Positions 25,384-34,890 of a stretch of 38,872 nucleotides of DNA are shown here, piece by piece. The notes under the pieces are model-generated. The model was not told the origin of the DNA and searched no databases. It was given only the letters and a program-made list of their open reading frames with translations. This DNA is from a virus (taxonomy: Duplodnaviria > Caudoviricetes): IMG/VR virus record IMGVR_UViG_3300044983_000270, positions 1-38,872 of that record; one strand, given 5' to 3'. The position numbers were made by a program, and so were the translations under genes. Each line of letters opens with the position of its first letter. The stretch's first letter is position 1.

Positions 25384-28300
25384 CTATGGCCGTATCGTTG
25401 CATCATTAATGATTGCCTGGCGCCGGTCTCTTGCTTTTTCATTATCAGAAAGTAATGTATATGCTATAAGTCCTTTCGCCAATGTCTTTTCCAGGTTGTT
25501 AACTGTGGATGCCAGGTGCATCAATACTTCGTTGGATTCATTGTTAGCCTCCTTATTATCGGTCGTGGATGTGCTCGTAAACTTACCACCGGTGGCATAA
25601 TATTTTGTTATCGCAGGTAAATTAATTGGAGTTGGCTTCCTGCTGTACCATGCAGGCGCCATTGTTGCGCCACTTTCCCAGCTCACACCACGGCCACTAT
25701 ATGAATTAATCTTACTGGCAATTTGCGATGGAGTGCCGGTCATGGTATATGTTGTCTTATCCCGCATTGAAAACTTGTTGATGATACCCTCATCGCCTTC
25801 CATATATGCATGTACTCTTCCTGTGTACGGATCAGAAACGGGCATGCCTCTAGATCGATCGCTATGTGCTGGCCCTTTTAATTTACCTCCGCCAGCAAAC
25901 TCAGGCGCTTTACTTTTTGTGATCGCTGCAATATTAGCCAGCCCGGTGATCACCGTGAGAGCCATGGCAGCAATGCCCAGGAAGTTGGGCGGTATAGGAG
26001 GGCCAAATTTTTGTAATGTAGTTAATGATGCGCCTGCAAAATTTATCAGCGCCTGTGTAAGCTGCGCTCTTTTATCTCTTTCAAACTGACGCTTGCGAAA
26101 TTCTTTCTCCTTGCGTTCCCGCTCTTTATCCATCCTGTCAAGCTCACGCTGATACTGCTGTTGCGAAATCGATCCTTGTTTTAATCTATTATCAAGATTC
26201 TTTCTTTTGCGATCGTTTATTGCAGCGTCACGCTGCAGCTCCGCATTCTCTTTTGAAGTTTTAGAATCAGAAAATATTTTATCAATCGCAGCTGCCTGGC
26301 TAACGAAATCCACTATTGTTTGGATCTCCTCAATAACACTGTCTAAGTTTTTCTTCCTCCTGGCTTGACGATATGTTTCCCTGATCTTGTCTTTTTCCTT
26401 TTCAGTGAGATCTGTTTTCTGAAGCTCCTGCTTCTCTTGTTCATCCAATAATTTTAATTCAGCCTCTAACTTTTTTTTGCCGCGGCTTTTCAATACTTCC
26501 AGCTCTGCAGATGCAAGCTTATCACGATTGGTTCTTTCGAATACTTTTTGGAGTGCTTGCCCAAGCTTCTCATATATTTTAAAAATGGCGGCCGCTTGCT
26601 CCTGTGATGCCTTCGCCAAATTCGCTTCCTGTACAATCTGTGCTTTTACAATGAGATTTGTAAGCTCTTGCAGATACAGATCATCGATCTGTTTTAGAAG
26701 CTTAACATTGCCCTTAGCCCGTTGACGAAATTTTGAAAACTTTTGATCAAGATCGAATATTGCTTTATCAAATTCACCAGGGCCTCCAGCTGCAAATAAT
26801 GCCTCAGCTATTTCATCACCAAGATCTTTAAATTCTTTTTTGTTTTTATCGACTTCTTTCTTTGTTGCCCCGAGCAGCTCTTTTATCCTGGCTTTTATTG
26901 CATTGATCTGTGGCAATACGGTTGCCCGATTTTCTCCATTCAGTTCCTTTTGAAGTTCCTTTAATTTTTTACGCAGCTCACCAATCGATGCTGTCATGAT
27001 ATCAAAAGCATTACCGTTAGGATCGCCATCAGTATTGCCGGCATTACCCCCGGGATTCGCATCATTTGCGAGTTTAGTTAAGCTGGAGTTCAGTGTATTG
27101 ATCTGCGCATCAAGAGTGGATAGTTCATTGGCCGTATTGATGATATCATTATTTATTCCACCTATTCTTGCTGAAACAGCTTTCGCCCGTTGTATTAATT
27201 GATCATCGGATAATCCTGATAACTGCGGGAAAGCAGTTCTTATATTGTTAATGATCTCATTCTTCTGCCTGATCTTCTCGGTTAACAATTGAGTTTTGGC
27301 TTCTGCTTCTGCTTTCAGATTTAAATTCTTTATATATTCTGCAATCGCCGCCGCACCTTCCAGGTGCCCGTTGGTATTTATTTTAAGAGTGTCAGCAAAT
27401 GCAGGATTGATGCGTATCAGTTCCTGAATTGCTTTTTGCCTTTCTGATAATTTTAAATTTTCATTGGCTGCAGCTTTAGCAAGCCGCTCTACATTTGCTG
27501 CCTGGTCTCCGAGTATTTCAGAAGTCTTCTTTGAGAGCTCTTGCTGTAACCTTTGCTCAGCCGTTAATGCTTTGGTTTTTCCAATTAGTGATTGCATTCC
27601 TACAACCACGGCACCAACAGCTACAAGTATTAAGCCCAATGGTCCTGCTCCTAGTGCCGTAACAGTACCCCATATTCTTTGAGCGGCTGTTGCAAGTTTT
27701 ATTCTGCCGGTCAATAGATCAACTGTGTGTGCATAGATAAGCTGTGCGGCTACTGATGCTGCTGTTATGGTTCTCGAAATTGCCTGGGCAGCATTGTAGA
27801 GAACAGTTCCCGCTGTAGCAAATTTTAATTTTATAGTTAGCGCAGCATAAACTAAACCCAGTGTCGTAATTAATCCGCCATGTTCTTTAATGAAATTGAC
27901 TGATGATTTTATTAAGCCTACAAAAGTTGATAGTATTTTGATTGCGCTTTCACCCGCTGCCTGAAACCCATCTGATTGAAATAATCCGGCAAATGCTTTT
28001 TTTAATTTATCCAGTTGTGCTCCTGCAGTATTATTCTTAAGATTAAATGCTTCAGTTATGGCAGTGGTATCTTTTATAGCGGCGCCGGCATCATTCATCT
28101 TGGTTCGGATCACATCTGATTTTTGTCCTATCGTAGCAAGCGTAGCTACAACCCGGGCGCCCTCTTCTCCATTATCTTTGAATGCAGCTGTTACCTCAGC
28201 AAACGATTCCTTGTTTTTAACCAGGCCTTCAGCATACAACAGTAATGCTTCCTGTGGTTTCTCTGAAAACAGTTTATTAAATTCTTCAAATGATTTACCC

Positions 28301-29346
28301 GCCACCTTTGCGGCGGCCGGCACATCCCCCGCTATATCATTTAATATTTTTTGTATTGCCGTAGCGGAGCTCTCTACTTTTAAACCGGATTCTTCCAACC
28401 CGGCTGCCAGGCCAATTACAGCAGGGAGAGAAAGATTAGAAGTTTTAGCAATTGCTGCTACTCTTTGCGTGAAGTCAACAATGAATGGTCCGGATGCAAC
28501 TCCTTTATTTGCCAGGTCAACAATTGCATTACCAACTGCTGTAATATTCTCTGCCGTGATCTTGCCTTCAAATACATTCAGGATCTTGCCCAGGTCAGTT
28601 GTGAATTGATTGATATCACCTAGTTCGCCACCGAGTGCAATGTTTAATTGATCAACTGCTTTTGTAAATTCAGCAATATCTTTTTTACCACTGATACCTA
28701 GCTTACCCGCTACGATCGCAATTTCTCTTAGCGCTGATGCAGATGTTCTTGTATCTATATTTTTTAATTCGTTGTTAAGGTCTCTCACATCTTTCTTTGA
28801 AAGACCGGTGATCCGTTGTATATCGGCCAGCTCGTCGGATATCTTAGCAGATCCAGTTACAATGCCGGTCACATATCCCAATACTGTTTGCAATGCCTGT
28901 TGGATTGTATTGCCGATGATCACACCAACGGCAACTGTCTTAGCCTCTTGCCAAAAACTTTTCCATGCTTTAGAAAGAAAACCGACTTTGATCCGCTGCT
29001 CCTCAAGTTCTTTATTGGCCTGCCGGTATAATTTTATTTTTTCTGCATAGCCTACGTCCTCCTTGCTCATTCGGCTCAGTTCATTCCGAAGCCTGGTAAC
29101 GGTTGCCTGCGTGTCTTTCAGGGAAGGTTCCAGCTCTCCGGAGATCTTCTTTGCCGCCCGGGAGATGGGCTCTTCCAGCTCCTTTAATTTGTTTTTCAGG
29201 ACATCGATCCGTTTTGGATTAGTGGCAGTGGCAAGCTCGTCGTTGAACTTCTTTTGCTTGGCAATAAGCTGGTCGTATACCCGCTGGGCATCACCGCTTT
29301 TAATGAACACATTCACCTGTCTGTTAACTATTTCTCTATTTGCCAT
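25384..29346 (-). CDS. Tail tape measure protein (TP901-type)
   Basis: 1320 aa, Ala-rich helical; LADIQRITGL...IDTRTS...AGKLG; hydrophobic segments. Confidence 0.92.
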   Translation of the reverse strand: MANREIVNRQVNVFIKSGDAQRVYDQLIAKQKKFNDELATATNPKRIDVLKNKLKELEEPISRAAKKISGELEPSLKDTQATVTRLRNELSRMSKEDVGYAEKIKLYRQANKELEEQRIKVGFLSKAWKSFWQEAKTVAVGVIIGNTIQQALQTVLGYVTGIVTGSAKISDELADIQRITGLSKKDVRDLNNELKNIDTRTSASALREIAIVAGKLGISGKKDIAEFTKAVDQLNIALGGELGDINQFTTDLGKILNVFEGKITAENITAVGNAIVDLANKGVASGPFIVDFTQRVAAIAKTSNLSLPAVIGLAAGLEESGLKVESSATAIQKILNDIAGDVPAAAKVAGKSFEEFNKLFSEKPQEALLLYAEGLVKNKESFAEVTAAFKDNGEEGARVVATLATIGQKSDVIRTKMNDAGAAIKDTTAITEAFNLKNNTAGAQLDKLKKAFAGLFQSDGFQAAGESAIKILSTFVGLIKSSVNFIKEHGGLITTLGLVYAALTIKLKFATAGTVLYNAAQAISRTITAASVAAQLIYAHTVDLLTGRIKLATAAQRIWGTVTALGAGPLGLILVAVGAVVVGMQSLIGKTKALTAEQRLQQELSKKTSEILGDQAANVERLAKAAANENLKLSERQKAIQELIRINPAFADTLKINTNGHLEGAAAIAEYIKNLNLKAEAEAKTQLLTEKIRQKNEIINNIRTAFPQLSGLSDDQLIQRAKAVSARIGGINNDIINTANELSTLDAQINTLNSSLTKLANDANPGGNAGNTDGDPNGNAFDIMTASIGELRKKLKELQKELNGENRATVLPQINAIKARIKELLGATKKEVDKNKKEFKDLGDEIAEALFAAGGPGEFDKAIFDLDQKFSKFRQRAKGNVKLLKQIDDLYLQELTNLIVKAQIVQEANLAKASQEQAAAIFKIYEKLGQALQKVFERTNRDKLASAELEVLKSRGKKKLEAELKLLDEQEKQELQKTDLTEKEKDKIRETYRQARRKKNLDSVIEEIQTIVDFVSQAAAIDKIFSDSKTSKENAELQRDAAINDRKRKNLDNRLKQGSISQQQYQRELDRMDKERERKEKEFRKRQFERDKRAQLTQALINFAGASLTTLQKFGPPIPPNFLGIAAMALTVITGLANIAAITKSKAPEFAGGGKLKGPAHSDRSRGMPVSDPYTGRVHAYMEGDEGIINKFSMRDKTTYTMTGTPSQIASKINSYSGRGVSWESGATMAPAWYSRKPTPINLPAITKYYATGGKFTSTSTTDNKEANNESNEVLMHLASTVNNLEKTLAKGLIAYTLLSDNEKARDRRQAIINDATIRP

Positions 29347-29397
29347 TGTTAATGAATTGTAACATTAATGCCCCAACATATTTCGGTAGGGGAAATG

Positions 29398-29850
29398 TCA
29401 TTTTACAAAGAGGGAACCCACAATTGCATCTCCAAGGTTTGTTGCAACGATAGTCCCTAATTTTTCCACTCCATTTTCACCATCTAGTACCTGGTTGATG
29501 AATGGCTTTGCTAACCTGCCACCAGTACCCATTTTGCCAAAACTTTTTGGATTGGTCTTTTTACTCGTGCCATACTTATCAACCCAGCGTGATCCTTTGG
29601 TGCCGCCACGTCCTTTTCCCGAGCCATTATGCGTATAGATCAATGTCCGCGGAAACTGGATCCCAATTTTTGCAATAGCGCCACCATCCTGTTTGTATCG
29701 ATCACGAAACTTATCTATCGATGGAGAAGGTGATGGACTATCTGCACGATGCTCTACACCCATTCCGGATGCGGTAGTTTTAAAATCTTTAATCGCATCC
29801 CGGGTCCAGTCTTTTATATCAGCATTATTTTTATCCAGGTTAAGCGCCAT
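29398..29850 (-). CDS. Putative neck/tail-completion protein
   Basis: Basic protein; HNGSGKG and R.AKPFIN motifs; directly upstream of the tape measure gene. Confidence 0.55.
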   Translation of the reverse strand: MALNLDKNNADIKDWTRDAIKDFKTTASGMGVEHRADSPSPSPSIDKFRDRYKQDGGAIAKIGIQFPRTLIYTHNGSGKGRGGTKGSRWVDKYGTSKKTNPKSFGKMGTGGRLAKPFINQVLDGENGVEKLGTIVATNLGDAIVGSLFVK

Positions 29851-29861
29851 TGTTACTAATT

Positions 29862-29898
29862 AAAAAAGTCCCGCCCCGTTAGTTCACGGAACGAGACT
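29862..29898 (-). terminator. Intrinsic terminator ending the head/tail-tube transcript
   Basis: AGTCTCGTTCCGT-GAACTA-ACGGGGCGGGACT plus T run; pairs fully (with G-U) only on the minus strand. Confidence 0.75.
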
Positions 29899-29924
29899 CG
29901 TTATTCATAAGTATTAAAATTTTT

Positions 29925-30197
29925 CTATCCTTTTTCCTCTTCTTCGCCCTGATCATTTTTTATTTCAGTCTCCTGGGCGGATCCGAAGGACGCACCAGGT
30001 TTCAACTTAAAGTTATTTGTGCCGCTTTTAAATGCTTTGTCAGCTGCTGCCAGGGTGATGCCGCTTAGCATACCGGAATAACCAACTGACTTTTGACCAG
30101 GTACACTCTTACCTGAAGGCACATGCACCTTAGTATCGCTTTCACGATTCGGTGTATATTTTTTTGCTACATCAGGATCTTTAAATTCGAATGCCAT
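29925..30197 (-). CDS. Hypothetical virion-region protein
   Basis: A-rich leader; operon position. Confidence 0.6.
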   Translation of the reverse strand: MAFEFKDPDVAKKYTPNRESDTKVHVPSGKSVPGQKSVGYSGMLSGITLAAADKAFKSGTNNFKLKPGASFGSAQETEIKNDQGEEEEKG

Positions 30198-30226
30198 AAA
30201 ATTTTATTATCGATGAAAAAATATTT

Positions 30227-30769
30227 TTACTCAGTGCTCATCGTTACTTCAAATGCATAGAAGTACTTCGTGGTTGTGGTGAATGTCAGTTTATAATTTT
30301 TTGTACCATCCGTATTAGAGCTATCGAATTCCACCTTTATGGTTGGTTGCTCACACTCATCACCACACTGCACATAAGAGTCATCTTCCAGGCAGGCAGA
30401 TTCTTTTAATAAGAAGATACACTGATCATTCAACTGCCGCTCCAGCATTTCCTGTGTCGATGCTGAATCGCCCAGGATCACGAACTCGCCAACCCATTGC
30501 ATTAAGCCAGAACCTTCATCACCGATCGTTGAACCCTTCAGGTTAACAGATTTTGTTTTACATGCGATAGAGAAGAATCCTTTAGGATCGGTGAACGTGT
30601 GGGCGCCTGCTACTTTTACCAGGTCGCCGATTTCAGCAGCCACATCAGGTGGTTTGCTGATAGCAAGGAAATCAGCAACAGGACAGAACAGGATTGTATT
30701 TTTATACCCCCCCTTAATTGTTCTCGGGTTGGTACTCTTTGCGATGTTCTGATAATTAGCATTTGCCAT
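30227..30769 (-). CDS. Putative major tail tube protein
   Basis: 180 aa, beta-rich, between the capsid and tape measure genes. Confidence 0.6.
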   Translation of the reverse strand: MANANYQNIAKSTNPRTIKGGYKNTILFCPVADFLAISKPPDVAAEIGDLVKVAGAHTFTDPKGFFSIACKTKSVNLKGSTIGDEGSGLMQWVGEFVILGDSASTQEMLERQLNDQCIFLLKESACLEDDSYVQCGDECEQPTIKVEFDSSNTDGTKNYKLTFTTTTKYFYAFEVTMSTE

Positions 30770-30829
30770 TTATATATAGTTTTCAGGGGTTACAAATAGT
30801 GCGTCTATAATGAAGAGCACGAATTAAAA

Positions 30830-31270
30830 TCATTCAACTTTTCTGATCGCTCCGGATTTCATCTTCACCAGCACTTCCTGCGCTTCCGGGCTTGCAAGTA
30901 TCTCCAGGGCAGACATTCTTCCATGTCCTGGTATTCTTAGTGCCGGTACTAACACCACATATTCATCATCACCACTCTTGAATGTTTCACCTACGCCTCC
31001 TTTCTTTTCGTCCTTATCAGGAGTTTCCAGAAGTTTAGCAACCTGGCTCTTAAGGTCCCGGTTGTCCTCCTGCAGTTCGGCAATTATTTTGTCAGCAGCT
31101 TCAGCAGCTTTTTTCAATTGCCCCTGGAGAGAATCTCTTTCTTCGGTAAGACTACCGACACCAGTTTCCAAAACTTTTATACGATCATTAGCTGCATCAA
31201 GATCCTTAAGGATCTTTAATTCAGCCTCTGTTCTTGTGTCATTTGTTCCAGTTTGTTTTTCGTTTGCCAT
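30830..31270 (-). CDS. Coiled-coil phage protein following the capsid gene
   Basis: Heptad region plus C-terminal LVKMKSGAI. Confidence 0.6.
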   Translation of the reverse strand: MANEKQTGTNDTRTEAELKILKDLDAANDRIKVLETGVGSLTEERDSLQGQLKKAAEAADKIIAELQEDNRDLKSQVAKLLETPDKDEKKGGVGETFKSGDDEYVVLVPALRIPGHGRMSALEILASPEAQEVLVKMKSGAIRKVE

Positions 31271-31345
31271 GATTTATTTTTTAAATGAAGGACCAGAACA
31301 AGGCTCTGACAAGTAGCGCTCCGGCCCTTCAGTACGTTAATTCAA

Positions 31346-32308
31346 TTAGAGATCCTGATCGTTCGTGAAGATCTGATCGGGAAGTATGTACCCGATGCCG
31401 ATCCACCAATCAGTATAAACAGATACTTTTCTTTTCACATGCTCCAGCTCAAACATGTTTTTATTACCCCATCCTTTCACACCCAGCACATAGTTTTCTT
31501 TGAATGTGCCCCAGATCTTGCTGGATCCAATCATTGATGCACGACCGCGAACACGGATCTGTGTTTCATCTACCAGGTCAAGCTCTTCCTTCATCGCATA
31601 ATTCATATTGTACTTCTTCTCACGGCCCTTACGGTAGCGCCTGCGAAGGATGCGGCTCATGTTCAAATCAAATCCACGCTCCCAGTATAGTTCAGGAATA
31701 CCTGCTACGAACTCTTCGATCTGTGTACAGAAATCAACCGGGTCTATTGCAAGGGCTCCGGTGGGGATGGGAACGATATCACCTGCAGTAATACCATCAT
31801 TGATCTGCAACTTCACACCGTCCATGGCATCAATAGCAGCGCCGGCAACACCAGGTGCGGGGGCTGCATACTCGCCATTATAAATGGCTTTTAGTTCCAG
31901 ATCCTGGTCAGTGCGTTGCAGCAAATATTTGTCAATGAACCAGCGAATGAAAGGCCACTCAGATCTGTTGACCTTGCTGCTGGCAAGAAAACCGAGCCAT
32001 GAGTTAGCAAGTTTGTTTGGATTGAACTCATTGTCAATCTTCACTTGCTTTAAAGGAATTTCCACAGGTGCGAACTCAACGCCACCTTTTGATGTGAAAG
32101 TATCCTGGTAAGGCTGAAGCAGTTCTTCTACTTCTATGCTTGACATACGAAGTATCGTGCCTTCAGTTGGCACAAGTGTAAATGCATCCTGCGTACCAAA
32201 CTGTTCGAAAGGACGCATACGAAGTGAAGCTTCGTTCTGGCCATGGTCCAGGTAATAGGAACCAAAACTGGTTATTATATCCTGTATGTCAATCGTAGTG
32301 TCTGCCAT
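31346..32308 (-). CDS. Major capsid protein
   Basis: 320 aa directly downstream of the protease/scaffold; LQPYQDTFT.KG, WPFIRW and AMDG motifs. Confidence 0.8.
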   Translation of the reverse strand: MADTTIDIQDIITSFGSYYLDHGQNEASLRMRPFEQFGTQDAFTLVPTEGTILRMSSIEVEELLQPYQDTFTSKGGVEFAPVEIPLKQVKIDNEFNPNKLANSWLGFLASSKVNRSEWPFIRWFIDKYLLQRTDQDLELKAIYNGEYAAPAPGVAGAAIDAMDGVKLQINDGITAGDIVPIPTGALAIDPVDFCTQIEEFVAGIPELYWERGFDLNMSRILRRRYRKGREKKYNMNYAMKEELDLVDETQIRVRGRASMIGSSKIWGTFKENYVLGVKGWGNKNMFELEHVKRKVSVYTDWWIGIGYILPDQIFTNDQDL

Positions 32309-32368
32309 CGTAAATAGTTTTTATAAGGTTTTAGATTTAAAACAATTTTTTATTTGATAGAATGATCA

Positions 32369-33706
32369 TTAATCATCATCCTGTTCATCTTCTTCAACAA
32401 TCTTCTTTGCACCAGGTGCACCAAAGAATTTATCTGCCAACTGATTTATAGATGAATTTGGATTTTCGTGTGCCTTCACTTTGCGCTTACCACCATCATC
32501 AGCTTTTTTTGTGGTTGTTGTGATCGGAGTTTCTTCTTCCAATTCAGCAACCCTGGCAGTAAGCGTTTCGATCTCTTTCTCCTTAGCAGTAACTTTTGCA
32601 GTTGCTGCATCACGTTCACCTTCCGCCTTTGTTTTGGCAGTGTTGGCGTCTTTCTCTTTTTGCTCCAGAGAAGTGATTGTATTCTCCTGGGCAGTAATGT
32701 GGGCTTCCACATTGTTCAGGTTTTCTTCTGTAAGAACAAACCCTTCATCTACTACTTCGAACTTGTCAGCTTTTGCAGCTTTAAGTGTTTTATTAAATGC
32801 CATAGTATTTTTATTTGTTGTTGCCTCTTTTTGATTAATCAGCTGGTTCATGCTCCGAACCACATCGTTGAATGATTTTATTCCATCGATCAGACCGATC
32901 TTCATCGCATCATTCGCATAAAACATTTTTCCCGTGTTCCACTTGCTTTCATTTTTTGTTGCCCTATCACCACGGTTCCGTTTTACTGTATCAATGAACT
33001 CCTGTGCTAATACTTTCAGATCTTCTTTAATTCCTTCTTCATCACCGGCCAGCGCATCCATGTAATCTTTGTTCTTGTCTGTGCTTTGCGGTGCATAGAT
33101 GTCTTTCACCGGTAGTTTGTGAAAGTCCATGTAGTATTTATTCCAGTCGGCAATTGTTGTATACACGCCAACAGATCCAACCTGGTCTGTTTTCTTTGTA
33201 ACAAAAATTTTCTCCGTTGCACTTGCCACCCACATTGCGGCACTTGCTGCCATTCCATCATCGATGATCGACCACACGGGTTTCTTTTTCCTGGCATCAA
33301 GAAAAGAATCAGCAAGCATTGCAGTACCGTCAGCCTGGCCACCGGGACTATCTATGTCAGCAATAATTCCCTTTATGTTGCTCGTGTTGGCCAGCCTGCT
33401 TACTAAAGCAGCTTTATCAGCACTTCCCCAGGAACACATGCCGCCATATTTCATAATGGGGCCTTTGACATTCACAACAGCAATGGCGCCGTCCGGAATC
33501 TTTGAAAGATCTGTGTATGGGTTTACGCTGTAAACCCCTGCATACGCACATTGAATTTTCATTGCATCCGGCGACTCATCACGTTTTTCATCTTCGAAGC
33601 TTGTGCCTTGTGCAGCACGGAAGATGAGCGGAAGATTGCTTTGAACCCAGTTCTTGTCAATCAACCACCGGCCACGAAGAATTGCCGATGCGATTTGAAA
33701 ACTCAT
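32369..33706 (-). CDS. S49 prohead protease fused to a C-terminal scaffold
   Basis: DIDSPGG, AASAAMWVAS, VGSVGV and GLIDGI; coiled-coil acidic tail. Confidence 0.9.
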   Translation of the reverse strand: MSFQIASAILRGRWLIDKNWVQSNLPLIFRAAQGTSFEDEKRDESPDAMKIQCAYAGVYSVNPYTDLSKIPDGAIAVVNVKGPIMKYGGMCSWGSADKAALVSRLANTSNIKGIIADIDSPGGQADGTAMLADSFLDARKKKPVWSIIDDGMAASAAMWVASATEKIFVTKKTDQVGSVGVYTTIADWNKYYMDFHKLPVKDIYAPQSTDKNKDYMDALAGDEEGIKEDLKVLAQEFIDTVKRNRGDRATKNESKWNTGKMFYANDAMKIGLIDGIKSFNDVVRSMNQLINQKEATTNKNTMAFNKTLKAAKADKFEVVDEGFVLTEENLNNVEAHITAQENTITSLEQKEKDANTAKTKAEGERDAATAKVTAKEKEIETLTARVAELEEETPITTTTKKADDGGKRKVKAHENPNSSINQLADKFFGAPGAKKIVEEDEQDDD

Positions 33707-33727
33707 ATCTCAAAAAACTTTTTATAA

Positions 33728-34204
33728 TTAATTACTTCGTCTCAGGTAATACACTTTCGGTATATGCACATTTGTTCCTGAGCTGATGAATACAGCCTGG
33801 AAATATTTGTATAGCATCTTACCCCCGGATCCCCGCATCTCAAATGTTTTTACCTGGTCAGCTACGTTCGTAAGTGTTAGCGCTGTGCCGATCGTTTCCC
33901 AGTTGGTAGCATCATTGCTTCCCTGGAAGGTGACCGATCCGGCTACTGTGCCTGATACTTTTATTGCACGCACTGTTACGGATGCTGATATATTATCTGC
34001 GACTGAATTAGTAGAGCTGAATGTTTTGGAATTAACCTGGTCGGGTACTATCCAGATCCACGCAGTATCTGTATTTGTAAGGGTATCATTTGCCGCTACA
34101 GGCGTTAGTGTGGTTACAATCTGTGCTTCTGCTTTCTGCGTTAAGGAGGGAATTACGAATGATACAATGACGAATAGCGATAAAATCGCAACAAGTTTTT
34201 TCAT
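33728..34204 (-). CDS. Signal-peptide beta-sandwich protein heading the capsid operon
   Basis: MKKLVAILSLFVIVSF...AEA|Q; FQGSNDATNW motif. Confidence 0.7.
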   Translation of the reverse strand: MKKLVAILSLFVIVSFVIPSLTQKAEAQIVTTLTPVAANDTLTNTDTAWIWIVPDQVNSKTFSSTNSVADNISASVTVRAIKVSGTVAGSVTFQGSNDATNWETIGTALTLTNVADQVKTFEMRGSGGKMLYKYFQAVFISSGTNVHIPKVYYLRRSN

Positions 34205-34247
34205 GATGAATTATTTTTGTTTACACAGGTTTGGAATAATTATGATG

Positions 34248-34285
34248 TAAACATATTTCGACCCGGCAGGAGGGGAAAGGACAGG
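34248..34285 (-). promoter_or_regulatory. Putative late promoter (head operon)
   Basis: CCTGTCCTTTC-N19-TATGTTTA. Confidence 0.7.
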
Positions 34286-34304
34286 ATAAATGAACCTTAT
34301 TTTT

Positions 34305-34424
34305 ATGAGCTATGATCCATCAAAAAGAGCAGATGTAGGGTTCCTGATGGCCATTATAAAAAGCATCGCCAGGCTGATCAGCTGGCCATTCCGGTTGCTA
34401 TTCAGAAAAAGAAGAACCCCGTAG
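34305..34424 (+). CDS. Possible 39-aa cationic amphipathic peptide
   Basis: MSYDPSKRADVGFLMAIIKSIARLISWPFRLLFRKRRTP fills the intergenic gap. Confidence 0.4.
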   Translation: MSYDPSKRADVGFLMAIIKSIARLISWPFRLLFRKRRTP

Positions 34425-34435
34425 AGACGGGGTTC
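34405..34435 (-). terminator. Terminator after the lysis cassette
   Basis: GAACCCCGT-N4-ACGGGGTTC hairpin followed by TTCTTTTT on the minus strand. Confidence 0.75.
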
Positions 34436-34467
34436 CGATTGCTTAGCCTATGTTATTCTTACCCGAA

Positions 34468-34890
34468 CTATTTTATAGTTATAAACATCTCTTGTTTACA
34501 ATGCAGTAATTTTTGATAGAGTGAATTGAATGCGACCTTGGAATTGTAGACCGCATCAACTCCCTTCGTGGTACCAGGCATCAGGCATCCTTCCGTATCA
34601 ACTGCTGTATTACCTGAGTGGATCCGAACACCATCATACCCGGGTACGTTCATTATTTGTGGTAATACTTTTTGAAAACGTTTGCTCCAGGTAAGTTTTA
34701 TTTCATAGCGCCCGGAAGGTATTGCTGTCCGCTTTGGAATCTTTTTATGAATGATCTCATCCAGCAGCATATCCTGGTGAAGGCCCCGGTCCACATCCTC
34801 CAGGATATGGCATTCGAATTTACCATCCAAGAACAGATCGCCAATTGTGGATATGGCCGAATGATCATTTCGTTGCAGCGTTAATTCCAT
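34468..34890 (-). CDS. Putative endolysin (DUF5675-like)
   Basis: STIGDL, TAIPSGRY and VRIHSGNT..DTEGC His/Cys motif; adjacent to holin and spanin. Confidence 0.8.
   Translation of the reverse strand: MELTLQRNDHSAISTIGDLFLDGKFECHILEDVDRGLHQDMLLDEIIHKKIPKRTAIPSGRYEIKLTWSKRFQKVLPQIMNVPGYDGVRIHSGNTAVDTEGCLMPGTTKGVDAVYNSKVAFNSLYQKLLHCKQEMFITIK

Noticed and set aside
29398-30197. Tail assembly chaperone pair with programmed frameshift
   Set aside because: The two ORFs are separated by a terminator and no convincing slippery site links them.
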